Origin: a virus
Taxonomy: Duplodnaviria > Caudoviricetes
IMG/VR virus record: IMGVR_UViG_3300035492_000236
DNA: 64,000 nt
Direction: 5' to 3' (one strand)
The notes under the pieces are model-generated. The model saw only the letters and a list, made by a program, of their open reading frames with translations, did not search any database and had not been told where the DNA came from. How positions within the stretch are numbered: the stretch's first letter is position 1; every line of letters starts with the position of its first letter. The translations under genes were made by a program, and so were the position numbers. Shown here one piece after another: positions 57,167 through 64,000 of the stretch.

Positions 57167-57191
57167 AACCCCTCCAAAAAACTTGGGTAGC

Positions 57192-57518
57192 TTATTCCAT
57201 GTAATGGTGGTACCAAGACTCGCGCACCAGGAAATACGTCCGATTAGGCCAGCGGACCCGCTGCGCAATAGTAACGCCGAGCGCATCCGTGTACTCAATG
57301 AGCAGCGGCTGATCAAAATGCAGGTTGGTGACGTTGTGGTTCAGGACCGGTTCGCACATGTCGAGAAAGTCTCTGAACTCGTCCTCATCCACCTCGATGT
57401 ACTCACCATCATCCAGCCGTGCTTTGACCCAGTCACCAACACGGAATTTATGCCAAGTGTAATAACCGAAAGTCATGAGGAGTGCGGCAAATGCCAACCA
57501 ACCAGATGATGCGTACAT
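57192..57518 (-). CDS. Single-pass membrane protein
   Basis: Start MYASSGW after aaggag; N-terminal TM. Confidence 0.55.
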   Translation of the reverse strand: MYASSGWLAFAALLMTFGYYTWHKFRVGDWVKARLDDGEYIEVDEDEFRDFLDMCEPVLNHNVTNLHFDQPLLIEYTDALGVTIAQRVRWPNRTYFLVRESWYHHYME

Positions 57519-57578
57519 ATAAGTCTCCTTAACGGGAATGGTTAATTCTACATATAATAGCACCATCTTGGTTATTTT

Positions 57579-58403
57579 TTAGCCTATCTTGGTCCCTGCG
57601 GACCGGTCAGGGTGTGACGTCACTGCCGGTTTTGTGGTGTTTGGGATGGGGCTGGTCGGGTACGATGAAGGCTTCCTCAAATAGTCCGCATAACGGTCCA
57701 TCCACTGATTCACATAGCTGCGGGATACCGGGAACGGATACTGGTTGTAGTTGTAACCTACGTTAACTGCGCCATTAGCCACCACCAGTCCGGGATTATA
57801 CCACCAACCAGCGCTGTGACCATGCTCAACCGAGTCGCGAATTTCATCGCCATGATACACACTTAAATGAACTTCCACGGAGGCAAACCCGCGGTTGTCG
57901 TGCCATGTCCCGTCCCAGGCTTTAGTTCCTTGGTTCCATGAGTTGATATAAGAGATAACCTTACCATTTGATAGGAGTGTGCGACGAGTGCCGTCCTGCA
58001 TTACCCCCACCACAGTAGCCCAAATATCGCCACTAATTGCCCCACGGTCAGGTCCGGCAGGGCCGCCGCGACGTACGTCACATGACGTAATACGTACATA
58101 CGCAGTTCTTACCCCACCCATCTCTTCATGTACCATCGTGTAGTTCGTCGTGCGTCTAGGCTGACTCGGATACCTGCCGAGGATATGATGCATTTCTCTA
58201 GCACGGATACGCGTGGCACCATCCAGACTAGACAACCACGCACCATTGGGCTTGCTCAACACCGGCAAAAACTCCACCGATTTAAAGTTGCTGGACTTAC
58301 CCAGGACATCGCTACCTGCCCGCGTGACCCAGGCAGGCATACTCGTCCCCACTGTGACAGTCGACACTGCGGCGCCGATCTTCGAAAACTGACTCTCTGC
58401 CAT
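57579..58403 (-). CDS. Putative late/virion protein, paralog of 38148-39272
   Basis: Start MAESQF after gaaggag, with upstream TATG. Confidence 0.55.
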   Translation of the reverse strand: MAESQFSKIGAAVSTVTVGTSMPAWVTRAGSDVLGKSSNFKSVEFLPVLSKPNGAWLSSLDGATRIRAREMHHILGRYPSQPRRTTNYTMVHEEMGGVRTAYVRITSCDVRRGGPAGPDRGAISGDIWATVVGVMQDGTRRTLLSNGKVISYINSWNQGTKAWDGTWHDNRGFASVEVHLSVYHGDEIRDSVEHGHSAGWWYNPGLVVANGAVNVGYNYNQYPFPVSRSYVNQWMDRYADYLRKPSSYPTSPIPNTTKPAVTSHPDRSAGTKIG

Positions 58404-58477
58404 TGCAAACTCCTTCGTTGTAGGTCGATACCATACGATGTCACAAAAAAAAAAGAGGGCCGAAGCCCTCTTCTTAA

Positions 58478-59503
58478 TTAGTGTCGTGCCAAAGTGCCGT
58501 CTACGATAGCCGCATTTGGATGTTCGGCAAGGTATTGCTCCATGACAGCGTGGCAAGCTTTAGCCAAGTCGGCTGGCAGCTTCCGACAGGTAGCGTCGTC
58601 ATCAACAGAGTTCAGGCGATCGTGGACGCGACCTCGCAGCAGCATTGCTTGAATATCGCGAATCACCCTACGGGAGCCGCGGTTAAATTCAAAAGGACCT
58701 AAGCGACCTGTTAACATACAATGCAACGGCGTATGCGTCGTGTCGTCAAAGGACCAACCCGTCATCGAGATCGTGTTCCGATCGATTAATAGCGCGGCTA
58801 TTAATTCATCCGTTTCGGTTAACTTGGCCGACTTAAACGCAAAGTCCAACATCCGACCAATTTCACGGGCTGTGGCATACACATCGCCAGCCAACGTCAT
58901 GAATGTGGAGCTACACAAACCCAAATTCAACCCCGCCAGGTACCGATCGCCATATTTAAGGTAACTAGGCACGATTTGGCTGAGGATTGGTTTCTCTGTA
59001 ACCGCCACATCATGCAACAACGTGTGTGGGGTTCGCATTGCAACGAGACCGGCCTGAATTCCAGCCCAATGTCGAAACGGGACAGGATCCGCCTCGCGAC
59101 GTAACATAGCACCATAGACATACATACACCATGTCACATAACGAGCTGCTTCTTCTGGAGCGGTCACACTGTACCATGCATATACCTCGTTAAGTTGCTC
59201 GCGGAACGACTCCACACTTGCAGGGAACCTGGCATCGGTCACTTGGAGTGCAGTGACATACCCACGATCCTCAGACTCGTCGGCACGTACATACATAGCA
59301 GTGGGAATAAACGTTCTCAAGAACTGGTCGCGGTTACGGCGATGTGGCGTCATCATCGACACCCCAACGGTTTCGATCATGTTCTGCCAGCCAGTCCAGA
59401 GTCGTTCGGCAATAATGCCCTCGTACGACGTATCAAACTCACAGCGGTAAAATTGCTCAACCACTTCACGGACGTTGATAGTAATGCGGGTTTGTTTAGA
59501 CAT
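58478..59503 (-). CDS. Hypothetical protein, tandem paralog A
   Basis: RI.I....V..QF....FD....G.IA.R.W.GWQNMI shared with 59590-60648. Confidence 0.65.
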   Translation of the reverse strand: MSKQTRITINVREVVEQFYRCEFDTSYEGIIAERLWTGWQNMIETVGVSMMTPHRRNRDQFLRTFIPTAMYVRADESEDRGYVTALQVTDARFPASVESFREQLNEVYAWYSVTAPEEAARYVTWCMYVYGAMLRREADPVPFRHWAGIQAGLVAMRTPHTLLHDVAVTEKPILSQIVPSYLKYGDRYLAGLNLGLCSSTFMTLAGDVYATAREIGRMLDFAFKSAKLTETDELIAALLIDRNTISMTGWSFDDTTHTPLHCMLTGRLGPFEFNRGSRRVIRDIQAMLLRGRVHDRLNSVDDDATCRKLPADLAKACHAVMEQYLAEHPNAAIVDGTLARH

Positions 59504-59529
59504 GGTAGTATTTCCTTTTTTAGGTTTGT

Positions 59530-59566
59530 GGTCGCCTATTATAGTCCCCGGCGACCGGCATGGGGA
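59530..59566 (-). ncRNA. Predicted H-type pseudoknot in the leader of 58478-59503
   Basis: S1 UCCCC/GGGGA, S2 GGUCGCC/GGCGACC, loops of 5, 0 and 8 nt. Confidence 0.45.
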
Positions 59567-59589
59567 GACATAAATGTCAGTTGATCACA

Positions 59590-60648
59590 TCATGCGTTAC
59601 TGCGCGTAGTTACAATAACTCCTTGCTCAGACACATGGAGGTCTGGGAAGGTGGCGATAGCACGATCTACGGCGGTTGTCAGTAGCGGCAGCATCACGTT
59701 AAGGTTGTCAGGCTGAAGTTTGATATGGCGATTATCATAACCGTATTGCTCAGCCGCCACCATTAGTACTTCTTTACGAACTTCACGGAAGAACGGTACA
59801 GTCTCCGGATGTATTTGTGCTGTACCCAACTTGCCATGAATCAACCCTTTTAGCATGGGCATGATCGATTTAAAGAACGACCGGTTGTGTTCGAGTAACG
59901 CCATGCAGTTAAGCCTACAGGCCAGCATGTACCGCTCACGGGCGGTAAACCCACACACGTCTTTACAGAAGCGGAACATGTCGGCTATAGACATGGCGGT
60001 AATGAATCTCTGCTGCCCGCCAACTACCAGCGTCGAGTCCTGCGTATGACAGGGGAACGGCCGCCGCAGTCCTCGCAGGTAGTCGTCGCCAAACTCGACA
60101 AACCCCCTGGTAAATGTATAGTAATCCAGGCCATCAATGAGGTGCATGTCCCGCAGCAGCGTATTTGGTATCAGCGTGGCGATGTGCGCACAGTGGTACT
60201 TAATCCACATATACAGTGGGATCTTGGGCGGTTTGTAACCAAACGCACTGCGGTACGTGGTATTGCACCAGCTACGGTAATCATAGCTACGCAATGTCTC
60301 AGGAATGCCCTGATGTTCAAATTCATCAAAGCACTCTTCATCAAACTCAGTTTCGTTGAGGGGCAGGTGGCTACGTACTGCTTTCTCCAGTTCCGCCTTC
60401 CACACATCGCTGCCATCTTCCACGTCGGAGTCAACGTGCACGTACTTCGGTATGAAACCAGACAAGTAATGATCATACCCTTTGCGGTTCGGCGTATGCA
60501 TTTCAACGTTAAGTGTGGCAATCATGTTCTGCCACCCAGCCCACATTCGAGAAGCAATAACACCGTTGGCGGAGTCATCGAACTGTTGGCTATGGAATTG
60601 ATCTGCCACTTTCTTGGGGTCGATGCTAATGCGCTTTTTATTTTCCAT
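59590..60648 (-). CDS. Hypothetical protein, tandem paralog B
   Basis: Start MENKK; N-terminal similarity to paralog A. Confidence 0.65.
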   Translation of the reverse strand: MENKKRISIDPKKVADQFHSQQFDDSANGVIASRMWAGWQNMIATLNVEMHTPNRKGYDHYLSGFIPKYVHVDSDVEDGSDVWKAELEKAVRSHLPLNETEFDEECFDEFEHQGIPETLRSYDYRSWCNTTYRSAFGYKPPKIPLYMWIKYHCAHIATLIPNTLLRDMHLIDGLDYYTFTRGFVEFGDDYLRGLRRPFPCHTQDSTLVVGGQQRFITAMSIADMFRFCKDVCGFTARERYMLACRLNCMALLEHNRSFFKSIMPMLKGLIHGKLGTAQIHPETVPFFREVRKEVLMVAAEQYGYDNRHIKLQPDNLNVMLPLLTTAVDRAIATFPDLHVSEQGVIVTTRSNA

Positions 60649-60751
60649 GTGTTTGTTCCTTTGTTGGATCTGGTCCTCTATTATTTCCCCGAGGACCTTG
60701 AAGGGATACTTCGATAAAGGATGGATGCCAGTGTAATTAAAAAACGTCGAA

Positions 60752-60976
60752 TTACCGTATCGGACGCACCACACCAGAACTACACACCATCATCACTTTG
60801 TATGATGACTCCCGCTCAGGACGATACTCATACTCCTTCTTCATTCTGACACGGGTCGGGTCAATGCCCGACGTCACCATTCGATCTACCATAGCTTCGA
60901 TGGACTTCATATCGATAGACTCATTATCCAGTACATCATTCATGGTAGAGGTGCTCTTTTGCATTCGCTGCTCCAA
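60752..60976 (-). CDS. Hypothetical protein
   Basis: 74-aa ORF with ttggag. Confidence 0.5.
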   Translation of the reverse strand: MEQRMQKSTSTMNDVLDNESIDMKSIEAMVDRMVTSGIDPTRVRMKKEYEYRPERESSYKVMMVCSSGVVRPIR

Positions 60977-61126
60977 AATTAAACTTACAGTTGTTCGATG
61001 ATCTGATTGATAAGGTTGGCAGTTAGGGGCTTGGGAGGTAGGCCGCGATCAAGGATCGACCACGCGCCGGAAACGCGACCGCGAGATTTATACTGATGGA
61101 TATTTACATGTCATGAAACCGTTCCT

Positions 61127-61462
61127 TTAATCAATTGCTGAAGTTGCCAACAGCCGCATGGCGTTACGGACGGTGAAATTGTCACCGTCGAAGATAGGCA
61201 GACGAATACGTAACATATCGGGGACAGGAGGACCGCCCGGACGGCCCCGTACTGACATAAACACGTTACTATACATTGCCACGTTGTAGTGCAACCTGAC
61301 GTTCTCAAACCCAGGCACGCGACCATCAACGAAGCTGTCGGTGAAGTTGTAGACGATTTTGTCCCGACGGTCGATTACCGTATGGATATCGAACCGTTCC
61401 TCGTCGACCTGCATGCCGGTGATCGCGAAGTCATCAGCGTTGGCAAGTGGATGTTGCTTCAT
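61127..61462 (-). CDS. Hypothetical protein
   Basis: 111-aa ORF; ATGA overlap with the XRE gene. Confidence 0.55.
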   Translation of the reverse strand: MKQHPLANADDFAITGMQVDEERFDIHTVIDRRDKIVYNFTDSFVDGRVPGFENVRLHYNVAMYSNVFMSVRGRPGGPPVPDMLRIRLPIFDGDNFTVRNAMRLLATSAID

Positions 61463-61746
61463 GAGATTCTCCCAATGCGGTCAGGATCCCCTTCCATCTC
61501 CGACACCACAGCCGGCTCTTCGTCAGTGTGACCCATCAGCCAATTTACCCAGGCACTGCCGAAGTATTTCGAGAGTGCGTAGAGATAAACGGCTTTGGGC
61601 TCGCGGTATCGCTGCTCGTAGTTTTTGATAGTAGTGTGTGGGATGTTGATTCGCACACCCATCTCACGACGGGACAACAAATGCACCAAGCGCATCCGAC
61701 GCAGGCGGTGCGCCAACTGTTCACTCCATTGAGCTTCTGTTAACAT
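61459..61746 (-). CDS. XRE-family helix-turn-helix regulator
   Basis: LRR.R....LSRRE.G....I.HTTI.NYE...REP....L..L..YFG. Confidence 0.8.
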   Translation of the reverse strand: MLTEAQWSEQLAHRLRRMRLVHLLSRREMGVRINIPHTTIKNYEQRYREPKAVYLYALSKYFGSAWVNWLMGHTDEEPAVVSEMEGDPDRIGRIS

Positions 61747-62756
61747 TCTCGTTTCTCCAATAATGTTGGTGTTGCACCTGATGATATATCTCTATCTTTA
61801 TTTCCATTACGTGCTAGGACGTCATAAACCTCACGCGGTGCAGCAAGGCCCCACTCAAGTGAGTTTACTTTCATCCGAAGTGTATCGGGCTGGGTCAATA
61901 GCGCGCTCCACTCCTCGTTTAGTTCATAATGACGGTTTTTAAAACCGTGTTTAATTGGCTGTCGGTGAACGGTGCCGTTGTACCTTACCGCCACGATGCT
62001 ATCGCCACCATCCATGTACCGGAAATGGCTGACGTTCTTTAACCAACGCGTGGCCTCTTCCGGACCCTCATAATCGCGGAAAGGGACATAGCCTAGATGG
62101 TAACTCTGCAACCGGTGTCGTTCGACAAGTAAACAGCTCGGACAGGCGCCGCACGCATGCGGTATGCCAGTGGAGATAACGTCGGGCCGCTCACAGGCCC
62201 AGTTCATCCACTTTAATGGCGTATTGCCAACGGCGGTTGCATTCAGGAAGCTCGCGAGATCCACTTTGTGTACCTTGGAGAACGGGAATTCGAGCCTGGT
62301 ACGTTTCGTGTTGCGACCCAATAGAGGGTGGTGGGCCGACCACCAACGTTGCAGTTCAGGTAAGAAGGAGATGGCATCATCACCCATGACATACGCCTGG
62401 AGCACCACGTCCACGTCCGGCTTGACGTGCAGCAGCGCCCCGCCCAGCAGCAACAGCGTCTGAGCCAACAATAACCGATCGGCTGTCGTGGTATTCCTTT
62501 CCAGGGTGATGGTGTTAAACGAACGGATACTACCTGGCACGTTACTGATGTACTTCCTGATCTCCCTTTTAAGGCGCTGGCGTGTCAAGTGCTCTACTTC
62601 CAGGTTAGGGATCTGTTCGCCCTCCACGCAGAGAAGATCGACCGCCGCCCCGGCCTGCAGCAGGCCATACAACAGTGTATTGGAGTCGAGTCCGCCCGAC
62701 CACAGCAGAGCCACATTTTTGTTTTTGTATTTGCGCAGCACCTGTTCAACAATCAT
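61740..62756 (-). CDS. QueC-like PP-loop ATP pyrophosphatase (7-cyano-7-deazaguanine synthase-like)
   Basis: WSGGLDS PP-loop, PF....K, and C...CG.C.SC zinc site; about 100 aa C-terminal extension. Confidence 0.7.
   Translation of the reverse strand: MIVEQVLRKYKNKNVALLWSGGLDSNTLLYGLLQAGAAVDLLCVEGEQIPNLEVEHLTRQRLKREIRKYISNVPGSIRSFNTITLERNTTTADRLLLAQTLLLLGGALLHVKPDVDVVLQAYVMGDDAISFLPELQRWWSAHHPLLGRNTKRTRLEFPFSKVHKVDLASFLNATAVGNTPLKWMNWACERPDVISTGIPHACGACPSCLLVERHRLQSYHLGYVPFRDYEGPEEATRWLKNVSHFRYMDGGDSIVAVRYNGTVHRQPIKHGFKNRHYELNEEWSALLTQPDTLRMKVNSLEWGLAAPREVYDVLARNGNKDRDISSGATPTLLEKREC
61779..61793 (-). promoter_or_regulatory. Early-promoter-like motif AGAGATATATCATCA
   Basis: Variant of the 15-bp motif about 33 nt upstream of the XRE gene, inside the 3' end of the QueC-like ORF. 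Confidence 0.45.
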
Positions 62757-62947
62757 TGATTACCGTCCCATTTGATCACGTCCATTTTTCCGTTAAATAC
62801 TTGCCATGCCAACTTAACCCGCTCGCGCAGCGTCCTATGGTTTACTGGACGGGCCGGGATCCATCGTCCCCGGCACTGCGTAGCCGTACCTGCAATCGTG
62901 CCTACTGAACGAGGGGTGTATTCATTAATAGTCACATAACGTTTCAT
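62753..62947 (-). CDS. Small phage protein (W.PARP...AW.VF.GK motif)
   Basis: 64-aa ORF with ATGA coupling on both sides. Confidence 0.6.
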   Translation of the reverse strand: MKRYVTINEYTPRSVGTIAGTATQCRGRWIPARPVNHRTLRERVKLAWQVFNGKMDVIKWDGNQ

Positions 62948-63525
62948 AGCGCTTCCCTTAGTTGGATTAGTTTTTTATCGATTTCATCAAAGCCGTCTTT
63001 GTCCAGCAAATTAATCACTGGTACGCCATGCATCTTGGCAATCTTAACAGCGGTGGCGGTTCCGCCTTTAACCACACCGCTACGCGTCGTGTAAGCACTG
63101 CAGAGAACAAACTCTACCGGTTCGTTGAGTTCCGGACCAAGGATCTGGTAGACATTACGTGCGTGCAATTGGCGCATGAACCGAGTTAGGTTATGCCAGC
63201 CACCATGGATGTCTCGTGCTAACCTGGCGGCCTCGTTGCGAATAGTCCTTTCTAACATGGCGTTACGACAGGCCCCGCCTAGATCGCCGTGGGCAAACCC
63301 ATTGAAATGGTGGTCTGGCAGCCAGATCGTGCCGAATTCGGCACCAGGATACCCTGTATCTACAGACATCCGATAGATAGCGTTAGATAATGCTGTGTCA
63401 GGTCCTGGAGCGCCGCCAGAGACACCATGATACCCTAAGGTGAGTAACTCTACCGCGTATTCTTCCAAGGCGTCACAGACGGTCTGAGGCGTCTTACGCG
63501 AACCTATGATTGCTACTTTTTTCAT
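62944..63525 (-). CDS. SLOG-superfamily / DprA-like Rossmann protein
   Basis: AIIGSR, SGGA.G.D, ARN..QILG, GGT..AV..A...GVPVINL; start MKKVA after ggagg. Confidence 0.7.
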   Translation of the reverse strand: MKKVAIIGSRKTPQTVCDALEEYAVELLTLGYHGVSGGAPGPDTALSNAIYRMSVDTGYPGAEFGTIWLPDHHFNGFAHGDLGGACRNAMLERTIRNEAARLARDIHGGWHNLTRFMRQLHARNVYQILGPELNEPVEFVLCSAYTTRSGVVKGGTATAVKIAKMHGVPVINLLDKDGFDEIDKKLIQLREAL

Positions 63526-63590
63526 ACGTCCTCCATGATGATTAACGCAGCGGTAGAAAAAAAAGCGATGGGCCGAAGCCCACCGTGTAG

Positions 63591-63998
63591 TCAAGGTTTG
63601 CCCACCTTCAACTGTGCCATCAGTTGGTCTTTGTAATGCTGACTAACCCCCGACATCAGCAAGAACCGCATGACAGTGTCATCGTCCACATCGTCCAAGA
63701 TTCGCGCCACTACCAAGTCCAGGTCATCGTCACTGAAGTCCACGCCGGGACACTTAGCGATGATTTCCGATACAGAGATGGCATCCGCGTCCACATGTTC
63801 AATGCAATACAGCGCAGAACGCTTGTAGGCGCGCGGTGTCTGCAAGAAGAACATCATCGAGGGGTCATCCTTATACGTCAAGCAGAACTCGTTCAGCAGC
63901 TCCTTAGACGCATTCAGGATCAACTTGTCGAAGAGTTGTCGACGGAACGAGTCAATCCCTACCGCCACGGCGATTTCGGGATATACCGTTTCGCGCAT
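63591..63998 (-). CDS. Hypothetical protein
   Basis: 135-aa ORF at the window edge; RBS not visible. Confidence 0.5.
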   Translation of the reverse strand: MRETVYPEIAVAVGIDSFRRQLFDKLILNASKELLNEFCLTYKDDPSMMFFLQTPRAYKRSALYCIEHVDADAISVSEIIAKCPGVDFSDDDLDLVVARILDDVDDDTVMRFLLMSGVSQHYKDQLMAQLKVGKP

Positions 63999-64000
63999 GG

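Noticed and set aside
59538-59543. sigma70 promoter from the TATAAT hexamer
   Set aside because: No -35-like hexamer at 16-18 bp spacing and no TG extension.
59530-59566. preQ1-I riboswitch linked to the QueC-like gene
   Set aside because: The topology is similar, but the ligand-binding loop consensus is not evident, S2 is too long and the downstream gene is unrelated. Kept only as a generic pseudoknot.
15835-63582. Repeated ccgaag hairpins as a CRISPR-like or REP array
   Set aside because: They are isolated cUUCGg hairpins with U-tracts at gene ends, without regular spacers, consistent with terminators.
1-64000. tRNA or rRNA genes
   Set aside because: No cloverleaf with TTCRA/T-loop in any intergenic gap; the gaps are short and explained by hairpins or small ORFs.

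Overview
This window is a segment of a large lytic dsDNA phage genome, most consistent with a phiKZ-related (Chimalliviridae-like) jumbo myophage. That assignment is inferred from the gene types, gene order and promoter-like motifs; no RNA polymerase, chimallin or capsid gene lies in the window. Bases 1-15.8 kb are a mostly + strand late module: four paralogous tail-fibre genes, a fibre chaperone and an M15 peptidase endolysin. Bases 15.9-64 kb are a dense - strand run of mostly hypothetical genes. It includes nucleotide-metabolism enzymes (Tmk, two Nudix hydrolases, DHFR, and ThyA split by a td-like group IA2 intron carrying a GIY-YIG endonuclease), a BCS1-like membrane AAA ATPase, an HslV-like Ntn protease, a QueC-like protein, a SLOG/DprA-like protein and an XRE regulator. 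Modular virion-adhesin-like genes are scattered through it, plus a + strand island of four paralogous genes (51.3-56.7 kb), three of them with FN3 domains. The best leads are: a recurring hairpin/U-tract/TATCTTGGAG leader cassette; a 15-bp early-promoter-like motif; an H-type pseudoknot leader; a hairpin-bridged RBS; an anchor-plus-swappable-head protein family with a 56-bp conversion tract; an ART-like domain; and a gene broken by two stop codons. No tRNA, CRISPR array, integrase or reverse transcriptase was seen. Starts were moved from the ORF track where an SD-supported codon fit better. All family calls are by eye, with no database search.
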